IMG/VR virus record: IMGVR_UViG_3300026521_000636
Origin: an uncultured virus (IMG/VR IMGVR_UViG_3300026521_000636)
Lineage: Duplodnaviria; Heunggongvirae; Uroviricota; Caudoviricetes
Reading direction: 5' to 3' (one strand)
DNA: 64,000 nt
The notes under the pieces were generated by a model that ran no database searches, was not told where the DNA came from, and saw only the letters and a list, made by a program, of their open reading frames with translations. This document shows, piece after piece, positions 48,563 to 57,946 of this stretch. A program made the translations under genes and the position numbers. The stretch's first letter is position 1; every line of letters begins with the position of its first letter.

Positions 48563-50584
48563 CTATTTAGTAGCTGTAGCATATTTCATTGCAGTTTTAA
48601 ACTGTTTTTCATCTGTTAAGTCTAAATACCCTTTCCATTCCATTGCTCCAGGCATCATATCAATTCCTGCTGCAAAATCTGCAGGATTACCAGGTAAAGC
48701 TGAAATTCGACCCTGTGCAGTTTCAATACTAATTCCAGTCATGGTTAAAAATTTCTTAACTGAAATCGTAAATTTAACATCCTCTGACATTTTAAAGATT
48801 CTACTACCAAAATATTTATCTATAACTTTTTTTGCTTTAAGAGTTCTTGCAACCTGAGCTTCAGCAGAACTTGTAGCTTGTGATAAAGCGTGATCTCTAA
48901 TCATTTCATCTGCTAATTTATTATTTGTAACCAATTTAAGTGTTGGTACTTTAAGTTTAATATCTTTCTTAGATAATGCTATATCTTCATGCAAGGTATC
49001 AACATTAATTTTAAACTGTTTTGCTATTTCAGATCCAATATTCTTAAACGTTTCCGCAATTATTTCATTAAAAGTATAATTGAATTTAACTGGAGCCTCA
49101 GTATATTTATCCCACCCAAAATCATTTAATAACATATTATTTAATTTAGCTTTTTGCATATCATAATTTTTCTTAATAGTTTGCAAAGTAAGAGTAATTA
49201 CCGGATTGTCAAAATGTTTTATAATCGCGTCTAAAACATTATCTGGAGTAACACCTACTGTATAACCAGGTTTTAAACCATATTTAATACAATTATAAAC
49301 ATCTGTAAAAGCATCTTTAATTTTTGGAATTTGATCTTCATTAGGTTTGAATCCATATCGTAACCATACATAACCACCCATACCAATATTTGCATGTAGC
49401 TCAACTTTTTTAATTCCAGCAGCTTTATATAATTTCAACATATCAGTAATTGCTGATTTAGATAAACCTGTCTTTTGAGCCGATGGTGGAACTTCAAATA
49501 GTGTGTGTTGTACCTTCTCAATCTCCCCATTATCACCAATAGTAAATGTTCTAGTAAAGTTTGTTTCCTCTTGAATATCTTGAAAACTTACTACTAGTTG
49601 ATTACCAATCATTTTACTAGTTGTTAAAAATTCTCTATTTAATTCATTAGGAATAAACTTTGCAAAATTTACAAGAATATCAGATACCATAACACTTACT
49701 ACTTTCTTGATTTTTTTAGCTTTTTTCTCTGGATATTTACTTAAATCAATATCATTAATTGCAGCATGTAATTGATTCTCAACAATATCAGCTTTAGCCT
49801 CAACTTCTGGTGAAATTTTTGCTTCCTTAAATTTAATTTTTGAATATTCTTCAATATCAACTAAATCTATATCTAACTCATGGGTTAATGTTTCTACTTC
49901 AGACATCTTTGAATCCAAAACATCATTATTTTTAGAAATTCGTTCATTTACAGTTTTGCTAATAATATCAATTTCTTCAGTACTCATAGAACGTAATTTA
50001 GAATTTAAATCCGGTTCTAAATCATTTTGAGTATCCTCAGCAGGTATAACTTCCTCATCATTTTGGTTGATTTGTTGAGGTTTTACATCATTTTCAAAAA
50101 CAAGTATTCTTGTTAGTTCTAATGTATCCCTACCCCTTAATCCCGGCTTTTCGTGTAATAAAGTTTTTGCAAACTTAATTATAACTTTTTTCTGATAATC
50201 GTTTAATTCACCATGCTTTGTTTTTGCAAAAGCTGTTCCTAAAACTGATGGTTTATAGCTATTAATCTTTGCATAACGTAATAGAGTTTCAAATAATAAA
50301 TCGTATAATTTTTTCTTATGAGGTTTTAATGCAGCTATCGATTTTTTAGTCTTTAAAACTTTTCTTAAACTATTGTATCTAGTAGTTATTTCTTTTAAGT
50401 TTTCACTTTCTTCAAATGCTTTTTTTACTTTAGGTCCGGTAGGTAGGGACTCATAATCTCTTAATTGACATGTAAGAATTAACCTTAAAATATTAACAGG
50501 TTCTGAATATTTTTTAAATTTTGTACCGTCTACTGGAGTATAATTTTCTCTCTCAAGCAATTCTACTATTCTTGCCATTTTCAT
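48563..50584 (-). CDS. large protein with a central GNAT-like domain
   Basis: FEVPPSAQKTGLSK (QxxG acetyl-CoA loop) ... VELHANIGMGGYVWLRYGF. Confidence 0.55.
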   Translation of the reverse strand: MKMARIVELLERENYTPVDGTKFKKYSEPVNILRLILTCQLRDYESLPTGPKVKKAFEESENLKEITTRYNSLRKVLKTKKSIAALKPHKKKLYDLLFETLLRYAKINSYKPSVLGTAFAKTKHGELNDYQKKVIIKFAKTLLHEKPGLRGRDTLELTRILVFENDVKPQQINQNDEEVIPAEDTQNDLEPDLNSKLRSMSTEEIDIISKTVNERISKNNDVLDSKMSEVETLTHELDIDLVDIEEYSKIKFKEAKISPEVEAKADIVENQLHAAINDIDLSKYPEKKAKKIKKVVSVMVSDILVNFAKFIPNELNREFLTTSKMIGNQLVVSFQDIQEETNFTRTFTIGDNGEIEKVQHTLFEVPPSAQKTGLSKSAITDMLKLYKAAGIKKVELHANIGMGGYVWLRYGFKPNEDQIPKIKDAFTDVYNCIKYGLKPGYTVGVTPDNVLDAIIKHFDNPVITLTLQTIKKNYDMQKAKLNNMLLNDFGWDKYTEAPVKFNYTFNEIIAETFKNIGSEIAKQFKINVDTLHEDIALSKKDIKLKVPTLKLVTNNKLADEMIRDHALSQATSSAEAQVARTLKAKKVIDKYFGSRIFKMSEDVKFTISVKKFLTMTGISIETAQGRISALPGNPADFAAGIDMMPGAMEWKGYLDLTDEKQFKTAMKYATATK

Positions 50585-50639
50585 TCCTTTATCTGTTTTA
50601 ATCTATTTATTCAAAAAATAACTTTATTTTTAAAAAAAT

Positions 50640-50747
50640 GGGGGGTGCTAATTGATAATGATTATTAAAATCATTATCAAATAATTTTAAGATTAAATTA
50701 AGGGTCTAAATGATTTTGATAATAATAATCATTATCAATTTGACCCC
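50640..50747. promoter_or_regulatory. Fur-box-like palindromes 2 and 3 in inverted arrangement
   Basis: GATAATGATTATTAAAATCATTATC at 50654-50678 and GATAATAATAATCATTATC at 50718-50736. Confidence 0.6.
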
Positions 50748-50883
50748 GACACCTCTTGAAATTCTAAAATAACTTTTCTTATTTCGATTGCTAAGGTAGT
50801 TGAAAAAATTCCCTGATAAATCCTTGACTTATTTACTTTATTTTGATATAATATATCTATAATAAATAAAAGGAAAATAAACT

Positions 50884-51729
50884 ATGGAGATGAATGTGAT
50901 TAAAGCAATAGAGGAAGCAGAAGTAGTTATTATTACAGCAGGTGCTGGGATCGGGATTGATTCTGGCCTACCAGATTTTCGTGGAAATGAAGGAATGTGG
51001 AAAGCTTACCCACCACTAAAAAAGAAAAATATTGACTTTATGTCAATTGCTAATCCAAAACAATTTAAACAATATCCTGAACTTGCTTGGGCTTTTTACG
51101 GTCATCGTTTTGACACTTATAAAGCGACAACTCCAAATATTGGTTTTGCAGCCTTGAAAGAGTTAGTTAAAGATAAAAAAGATTATTTCATTGTTACATC
51201 GAATGTTGATGGACAATTTCAGAAAGCCGGATTTGATAAAAATAAAGTATATGAAGTGCATGGAAGAATCAATAAGTTTCAATGTACTGATTGTAATGCA
51301 GAACCTTGGGATGCACCGGAAGATACAAAGTTTGATGTGGATCCCAACACGTTTAAAATTAAAGGGGAACTTCCAAAATGTCCTAAATGTGGTGCAATGG
51401 CTAGACCAAATATTATGATGTTTAATGATTTTGGATTTAATACGAAAGAAACTTCTGAACAAGAAAAACGTTTCAATCAATTCATGCATAAGTATGACAA
51501 AAACGGTACAAAAATAGTAGTTATTGAAATTGGTGCTGGTACAGCAATACCAACTATTAGAAATATGGGTGAATTTATACAAGAAAAAATACCGGATGCG
51601 CAGCTTGTTAGAATTAATCCTAGAGAATCTCATGGTCCAATAGGTACAATATCAATTCCAAAAGGTGGCGTTGAAGCATTAGGTGAAATTCTACCTAAGA
51701 AAATAGCAGATCTATTTTTTGTGAAATAA
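50884..51729 (+). CDS. Sir2-family NAD-dependent deacylase
   Basis: GAGIGIDSGLPDFRG, TSNVDG, EVHG, two CxxC, RPNI, EIGAG, RINP. Confidence 0.93.
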   Translation: MEMNVIKAIEEAEVVIITAGAGIGIDSGLPDFRGNEGMWKAYPPLKKKNIDFMSIANPKQFKQYPELAWAFYGHRFDTYKATTPNIGFAALKELVKDKKDYFIVTSNVDGQFQKAGFDKNKVYEVHGRINKFQCTDCNAEPWDAPEDTKFDVDPNTFKIKGELPKCPKCGAMARPNIMMFNDFGFNTKETSEQEKRFNQFMHKYDKNGTKIVVIEIGAGTAIPTIRNMGEFIQEKIPDAQLVRINPRESHGPIGTISIPKGGVEALGEILPKKIADLFFVK

Positions 51730-52950
51730 TTATCCCATTGTATAACTAATAGAGCAATTCTTTATATATTCTGTGGTTTCTACAATATCATAGTGACCTT
51801 TTTTCATAAATGATTGGATCTTCATCCTAGTGTCTCTGGCACTAGTAGATACCTCAACACCTTTTTCTATATCATAGAGCTTATAATTATTATTAACTGT
51901 TATAAATTGATTATCTTTACTATAATCTTGTAAAACCACTAAACCTTCGTGCTCATAGTTATTATATTTGATATTATTCAACCATTCTTGTAATAACACT
52001 TTAGCTTCATATTCATCTCTTAATTTAAAAGCTTCTTTTCGTAGCTTATGTTTGTATGCTTCAGGATTTTCTATAGCATCTTTTGTTTTGAATCTCGTTA
52101 TTTCTTTAAACTTACGATTTATATCTCTTTCTACATAATATGCAACTTTTCTATTCATCAAAAATTCTTTACTAAAGTACGTATCTGGATCTTCAACTTC
52201 AGGTGCAACATGTGTTACTATTCTAACTTCAGCTGTTTGTACTCTATTTGTTTCAGCAACAGTTGATTTAATTTTATTATATTCAAAATATAAATTTGTT
52301 TTTTCATTTAACTCTTTAGAAACCCTCTTTAAAATATTGCTATTTAACCTTGACCAAGTAAGCTCTTTATATTCCAAACCAAAATCGATCATTCGCACTA
52401 ATTCTTCTATTGAATAAGTGCTTACAGTTCTATCTTTTTTATAGAATTTTTCATAAATTATTTTGCTATATTTGCTTTTCAATCCATACTTATCAATTCT
52501 ATACAACAATGCAAATAAATGCAGATTATTTCTCAATAACTTAACTAAAGTAGTATTTACAATAATATTCAATCTTTTATTAATGTCATTATCAGTACTA
52601 CTTATATTATATTGATAAACAAATGTTGCTTTAGACATAAGAACACTATTATCATTTTCATGGTATATTGTTGCAACAGATTTTGAAAGCGATTCAAGTG
52701 TTTGCATGATAGTTTCAATACGCAATTCTAAAAAACCCAATGATGAAGATAATTCATGCATATTAGTATCTATCACGTATCCTAATTGATTTCGATCAAT
52801 ACCTTCCGTAGCAAAAGCATCATCTCGTTCAACAATATTAATAAGTACATTAACTAAGTCAATTTCAGATTTTGTAATATTCCAAAAGAGATGTTTAAAT
52901 TTAGATTGCAACCATAAGACCTTTATAATTTTTAAATTATTTATACTCAA
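51730..52950 (-). CDS. second, divergent Rep_3-like initiator protein
   Basis: LKSKYSKIIYEKF, LNSNILKRVSKELNEKTNL; similar to 44636-45796. Confidence 0.7.
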   Translation of the reverse strand: MSINNLKIIKVLWLQSKFKHLFWNITKSEIDLVNVLINIVERDDAFATEGIDRNQLGYVIDTNMHELSSSLGFLELRIETIMQTLESLSKSVATIYHENDNSVLMSKATFVYQYNISSTDNDINKRLNIIVNTTLVKLLRNNLHLFALLYRIDKYGLKSKYSKIIYEKFYKKDRTVSTYSIEELVRMIDFGLEYKELTWSRLNSNILKRVSKELNEKTNLYFEYNKIKSTVAETNRVQTAEVRIVTHVAPEVEDPDTYFSKEFLMNRKVAYYVERDINRKFKEITRFKTKDAIENPEAYKHKLRKEAFKLRDEYEAKVLLQEWLNNIKYNNYEHEGLVVLQDYSKDNQFITVNNNYKLYDIEKGVEVSTSARDTRMKIQSFMKKGHYDIVETTEYIKNCSISYTMG

Positions 52951-53067
52951 TATTTTACAAAAAACTAAAAAATATTTTTTAAGTTTTTTTAGTTTTGGGG
53001 TTATTTTTATATTCCTTTAAGTAAATTTGTGATATAATATTTCATATTAAAAATAAAAAGGAAAAAC

Positions 53068-54192
53068 ATGCTACCACACATCATTAATGGGAATGGGACA
53101 ATCAGTATTATGTTGGATGGGACTATGAAACCTATCGATACAGCGCATAAAAATTATGAAGCCATTAAAGAGGCTCTTAAAAACCAAGAATGGGATTTAG
53201 TACCAGAATTAGTAAATATTGCTCAAGAAGTAGAAGATGCAATCAATGCAAGTGATATTGGTGAAAATACAGTTACTATTAAGGATGGAGAAGTACTATA
53301 TAATGGTAGTCCTATCCATAATACACTAACTGATCGTATTATTTCAATGGCAAAAGAAGGCTTTGATATTAGTCATATGGTTAAATTCTTAGAAAATCTT
53401 ATGAAAAACCCTTCATATCGTGCTGTAAATGAACTTTATGATTTTCTTGAAGTCGGTGCAATTCCAATTACTGAAAATGGAACATTTCTCGCTTACAAAA
53501 AAATCAGAAATGATTGGAAAGACATTTATACAGGGACGATTGATAACTCAATAGGTGCAGTTATTTCAATGCCTCGTAATCAGGTAAATGAAGACTCTAA
53601 TCAAACTTGTAGTACTGGGTTACATGTTTGTAGTTACGATTATCTTCCTTCATTTGGTTCAACTGGCGATGATAGAGTTGTTATCTGCGAAATAAATCCG
53701 TCGGATGTTGTTTCTATCCCAAAAGATTATAACAATACTAAGATGCGATGTTGCGAATATAAAGTAATCGGTGAAGTTGAAGATTATCAAGCTGAAAACA
53801 CTTTAGCTAAACAATCAGTAGTCGAAACTTCAGATGTTACAGAAGGTAAAATCGATGGTACTGTTGATACTGTTGCTGAAGAAGCAAAGGCTATCGGAAA
53901 ACAAATTACTGATGGATTAGACGATTGTACTATCGATGATGCATGGATCAGAGCAGTTCTAAATGATAAAGGTTTGCCAAATGAAACTATGAAATCATTT
54001 AATAGAAAAACTCTAAGAAATGATACAACAGGCATTGGTAAGATGATTGCACGATTAATCAAATCTGGTGATCTAGATAAATCTATTCTAGATGAGATCC
54101 TCGAAAAAGATACTTCTGAAGATGTATGTGGTCGTTGTGGTCATGATTTAGATGGAATGAGTGAATGTCCGAGTTGTGGATACTACAATTAA
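53068..54192 (+). CDS. rIIB: rIIB-like protein
   Basis: FLENLMKNPS..AVNELYDFL, ITENGTFLAYK, MPRNQV....TCSTGLHV, VVSIPKDYNNTKMRCCEY. Confidence 0.9.
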   Translation: MLPHIINGNGTISIMLDGTMKPIDTAHKNYEAIKEALKNQEWDLVPELVNIAQEVEDAINASDIGENTVTIKDGEVLYNGSPIHNTLTDRIISMAKEGFDISHMVKFLENLMKNPSYRAVNELYDFLEVGAIPITENGTFLAYKKIRNDWKDIYTGTIDNSIGAVISMPRNQVNEDSNQTCSTGLHVCSYDYLPSFGSTGDDRVVICEINPSDVVSIPKDYNNTKMRCCEYKVIGEVEDYQAENTLAKQSVVETSDVTEGKIDGTVDTVAEEAKAIGKQITDGLDDCTIDDAWIRAVLNDKGLPNETMKSFNRKTLRNDTTGIGKMIARLIKSGDLDKSILDEILEKDTSEDVCGRCGHDLDGMSECPSCGYYN

Positions 54193-54217
54193 ATCTACCT
54201 TAAAATAACTTCAAATT

Positions 54218-54244
54218 TTGGTCATAGATAATATTCTATGACCA
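54218..54244 (+). terminator. hairpin downstream of rIIB
   Basis: TGGTCATAGA-taatat-TCTATGACCA followed by T-rich sequence. Confidence 0.55.
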
Positions 54245-54325
54245 TTCTTCATTTTTTTACCTCTAAACTTGACTTTTAATTTAAATTTTGATATAATATA
54301 GTAATTTTAAATTAAAGGAACATTT

Positions 54326-55186
54326 ATGTCAGAAGTACAAATCCCATTATCCGAACAAGAATCTTTTAAATCGTTTGAAGAAGCCTATCATTCAGTTCAA
54401 GGAACAAGAACATCTATGGTTATGAAATTTAAATCATATACCGGTCCTAGCTATGGTATTGATGACTTATTTTCTGTTGCAGATGAAGCAATCGTTAAAG
54501 CATGGAATGATTGGGATCCATCAATGTCAAAGTTTAATACATATGTTCAAAATCATATTCAATGGGGTATTTGGAATTTTTTAAATGCTATGAATAGCAC
54601 CTTTAAAACTAATGCAGTAACCACATATGAATTGACTCAAGAAGGTGACTCATATAAGGAGATAAAGGAGAGAGGTTTAACAAAATCTAAAGAATTCAAT
54701 GATTTGCATGAGCTTGATGGGAGTGAACAGGCAAAAGATCGATTTAATAGAGATCTATTCAATGAGTATGTTCGTTTTGAAACATCAAAAAGACGACCAT
54801 TTAAACTTGCAACTGCATCAAATTTTCAAACTCAAGATGCCGATGATTTTGATATTATGGAAACTGCGGTAGGGACTCCATTTGCAGAAAAATCATGGAT
54901 AGAAGATTTAAATATGACAGAAGCAGAAGTTGAACTTGAAATTACCAAATTAGATAGAGACAAGCGTAGAGTAGCAGAAGCATTACTAAATGGTGAAACT
55001 ATATCTGATTTAGCAAAAGAGTTTGGAGTTTCAAAAATAGCATTTATGCAGATGTTTGCACCTGAAACATCCGGAACTAGAGGTAAAGCAAAAATATCAA
55101 GAAAACAAGCACGACTAGCTCATGCAAAAAAACAACGAGCTTTAAAACTTGCGCAAATAAATGAAAAAAGTGCCAATGAGGCTTGA
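54326..55186 (+). CDS. sigma70-family sigma factor-like protein
   Basis: Region 2-like DDLFSVADEAIVKAWNDWDP..SKFNTYV; region 4 HTH GETISDLAKEFGVSK. Confidence 0.75.
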   Translation: MSEVQIPLSEQESFKSFEEAYHSVQGTRTSMVMKFKSYTGPSYGIDDLFSVADEAIVKAWNDWDPSMSKFNTYVQNHIQWGIWNFLNAMNSTFKTNAVTTYELTQEGDSYKEIKERGLTKSKEFNDLHELDGSEQAKDRFNRDLFNEYVRFETSKRRPFKLATASNFQTQDADDFDIMETAVGTPFAEKSWIEDLNMTEAEVELEITKLDRDKRRVAEALLNGETISDLAKEFGVSKIAFMQMFAPETSGTRGKAKISRKQARLAHAKKQRALKLAQINEKSANEA

Positions 55187-55239
55187 TTTATTTCCTAATT
55201 TTAGATATAATTATATATATTTAAATTAAAGGAACAATT

Positions 55240-55629
55240 ATGAAAGTTTGGACTGAAAATTATGGAGCTGATGCAGATGGTAACAGAGGTATTTTAACAA
55301 CTTTTGCAGAGTTAGAGCCAGAGGATGATGAGGTAGTTATTGAAGAACTATATGAATCATTTATTGAAGATAGAGGCGATTTACCAAAAACGATGAATGT
55401 TTATATAGATGACTTTGAATTTGAAGTTGATACTGAAGATTATCGTGATCAATTAGTTGGGCGTTTAATGGAAGATGAAGATACAGATTTAGAAGATAAA
55501 TTCCTAGTTCTTTATTGGCTTAAAGAGAATGAGACTGATGATTATAAGAACGAACTCGATTTGGTAACTGCTAAATTAACAGCAAAAGTAGCTGATACAA
55601 CCGAACGATTGATTGAAGAATATCTCTAA
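55240..55629 (+). CDS. hypothetical acidic protein
   Basis: Early promoter, AAGGA RBS. Confidence 0.75.
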   Translation: MKVWTENYGADADGNRGILTTFAELEPEDDEVVIEELYESFIEDRGDLPKTMNVYIDDFEFEVDTEDYRDQLVGRLMEDEDTDLEDKFLVLYWLKENETDDYKNELDLVTAKLTAKVADTTERLIEEYL

Positions 55630-55692
55630 AAAGCTTGACTTTTTAGTCAAGTTATGTTATAATATGGCATAATTAATCAAAAGGATAACAAA

Positions 55693-55968
55693 ATGGTAAA
55701 AGTTAAAGTTTCAAATATGGTAGGTAATAGTGGTAGAGAAGTAGCAAATCAATTTATCATCGAAACAGATGAAGGTAGATTTTTTCAATCATACGAAACG
55801 ATCATAGCATTTATTGCAAATGATGGTTCTGTTACACTAAACAATATTTATGATCATTCAACTACAACTGGGAAATACAGAAATGCATTCTTAGGTGATA
55901 GTGGTGTTGCTGAAACAAGAAAAAAAGTTGCAAGTGGAGAATATAAACTTGCGGATTTAAATTCATAA
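55693..55968 (+). CDS. hypothetical phage protein
   Basis: Promoter cassette at 55635. Confidence 0.8.
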   Translation: MVKVKVSNMVGNSGREVANQFIIETDEGRFFQSYETIIAFIANDGSVTLNNIYDHSTTTGKYRNAFLGDSGVAETRKKVASGEYKLADLNS

Positions 55969-55979
55969 GGATAGAGGTC

Positions 55980-56198
55980 ATGACAATTTTATTAACAGCA
56001 TACAACCCTAACTTTAGTGATAAAGTTAAAGCTAATATTAGTGCTAAAGTTGAGCCTACTATGGTTTCAACCCATAGCGATAGTCAATCATTCGATTTGG
56101 AAGCTGCAGTAAATATTATTACTCATTTTGGAAATGATAATGATCAAGAGATTCTAGAAAATTTGAATCAACAACATGTGGATTATATTGAATTTTAA
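55980..56198 (+). CDS. hypothetical protein
   Basis: GAGG RBS. Confidence 0.7.
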   Translation: MTILLTAYNPNFSDKVKANISAKVEPTMVSTHSDSQSFDLEAAVNIITHFGNDNDQEILENLNQQHVDYIEF

Positions 56199-56268
56199 TT
56201 CAAAATACTTGACTTTATACCTAAATTAGGGTATAATATATTATATAAAAAGAAAAGGATAAAAACAA

Positions 56269-56583
56269 ATGCCATTAACAAAAGAAATCAAAATGGGAAT
56301 TTACACTAAAGGTTCTGGGATTAGACTTATCGGTGAATTAGATTTAATCACTCAAGATGAAGGCCATAAAGATGAAGCGATTTATTTGGTTACAATGGCC
56401 ATGATGAGAGACCCGAGAGAACCAATCGGTGAAAAAGAGATGAAAGAATACGAAAATGCTGTCAAATCTATGTTTAGAGATCATAGACATGATTATAAAG
56501 CTAAAGATCGTGCTGAAGCAGATAAATTCATTGAATATAATATAGGGTCTTGGGAAGAAGTAAGATCTCTATCTAAAATCTAA
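56269..56583 (+). CDS. hypothetical protein
   Basis: Early promoter, AAGGA RBS. Confidence 0.75.
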   Translation: MPLTKEIKMGIYTKGSGIRLIGELDLITQDEGHKDEAIYLVTMAMMRDPREPIGEKEMKEYENAVKSMFRDHRHDYKAKDRAEADKFIEYNIGSWEEVRSLSKI

Positions 56584-56594
56584 AACCCTTTGTG

Positions 56595-56783
56595 GACTTT
56601 TTGAGCCGGTAAGTCCCTTATAAAGAAACATGGCAATTCCTTTGTAAGAAACTCTATACACTATAACACTTTGTGGAAAGAGATGGGAACATCTGGTGGA
56701 GGGGCTATCTCTTCCACAATAGTAAGAATAGTGAAGATGAATTTGGGTGGTGTGCACTTTTTCATCTTCACTATTCTTATTGT
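56595..56783 (+). ncRNA. candidate structured RNA: four tandem hairpins
   Basis: Stems of 6, 9, 12 and 19 bp in series; the last is TAAGAATAGTGAAGATGAA 56723-56741 with 56761-56779. Confidence 0.35.
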
Positions 56784-56803
56784 ATAATAAATAGTAGAAA
56801 ACT

Positions 56804-57826
56804 ATGGAGTTATATATGCCTCAATCAAAAACAATCAAAATACAAGTTTGGACAGATTTAAATTATTGTAGAGTAATTGGTATATGGTATCCTGAAGAAC
56901 CAGAAGATGCTATTGATTTTAATGATGCACCATATCTGTTAGTATTATCTAGTATTTTTGAACCTCGTACTGAAGTTATGGGTAATAATCCTATTGCACC
57001 AGGTCAACATCCAATACCTAAAGATTTTTTAGAAAAACAAATAAGACATATAAGTTATCTTTTTGCAAATGATTTTGGTACTTTTCAACCATATTCAAAA
57101 GGGATAGCAAAAACATTTTTAGCTAAACAAACTGTATCATATAAAAAAGTAAAAGAGTTTGATATGACCGTTACACCTGCATCTGGCTCTATATCATTAA
57201 AGGCATTTAGAGATAGTATTGACCAATATACAGAAGAAGAACAAGAAGCTATCCAAGTAATGACTATTGGTGAAAATCCTCAAGATGCTCATGCTAAAGA
57301 TATTGAAGATTTTATACATATAGAAAAAAGCGATAACATTGAACAATATATCTCAATAACAAAACTTACCCCAGTTTATGGTATAGATGATCCATATATT
57401 GTTAAAACAAGTCTCCCTGAAGATCCTGCATTTTCATCTCTTCCTCCAGGTACAGAAGATGCAGAAGCATCACAAGAATTTATAGAAACCGTTGAAGCTG
57501 CAAAAACAGAAGATACAATCAATAGAGAGACTTTAATAACTTATGATACTTTGTCTGAAACACCTCAACCCGTTCTTGATGAAAACGGTGAGCAAGTTCT
57601 TAATGAAAACGGTGAACCTGTTACCGAATTAAGAGAACCAACAAGAGAAGAAGTTTTAGAGGCTTTATTAAAAGATAAAGAGGCTCAAATTGCAGCCCTT
57701 CAACCTCAACCAGTAAAGGAAAAATTACCTCAACCATTATCAGAAGCAGATCTATTCCCAGAGGAAGCTGCAGACCAATTAGAAAGAGAAACCCTCAATA
57801 CAACATTCACACCAAAAGAGATGTAA
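56804..57826 (+). CDS. hypothetical protein, probably late or virion-associated
   Basis: AATAAATA upstream instead of an early cassette; VLDENGE repeat. Confidence 0.75.
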   Translation: MELYMPQSKTIKIQVWTDLNYCRVIGIWYPEEPEDAIDFNDAPYLLVLSSIFEPRTEVMGNNPIAPGQHPIPKDFLEKQIRHISYLFANDFGTFQPYSKGIAKTFLAKQTVSYKKVKEFDMTVTPASGSISLKAFRDSIDQYTEEEQEAIQVMTIGENPQDAHAKDIEDFIHIEKSDNIEQYISITKLTPVYGIDDPYIVKTSLPEDPAFSSLPPGTEDAEASQEFIETVEAAKTEDTINRETLITYDTLSETPQPVLDENGEQVLNENGEPVTELREPTREEVLEALLKDKEAQIAALQPQPVKEKLPQPLSEADLFPEEAADQLERETLNTTFTPKEM

Positions 57827-57830
57827 TTTT

Positions 57831-57870
57831 TTGATAATGATTTTAATAATCATTATCAATTAGCCCCCAT
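57831..57870. promoter_or_regulatory. Fur-box-like palindrome 4 (inverted copy of 50640-50680)
   Basis: GATAATGATTTTAATAATCATTATC at 57833-57857 followed by AATTAGCCCCC. Confidence 0.6.
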
Positions 57871-57880
57871 TTAAATTAAT

Positions 57881-57946
57881 AAACTTGACTTTTTACCTAT
57901 TTTATGTTATAATATGGCATAATTAAAGAAAAGGTGTAAAAGATGA
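57881..57946 (+). promoter_or_regulatory. early promoter + RBS cassette (representative copy)
   Basis: TTGACT-N17-TATAAT with extended TG; 66 bp identical to 59251-59316; close copies at 55635, 60022, 60845 (+) and 34164, 41410, 43221, 46979, 47788 (-). Confidence 0.9.

Noticed and set aside
50654..57857. Palindromes as Xer/dif sites
   Set aside because: They lack the 11-6-11 dif layout and match the Fur hexamer pattern much better.
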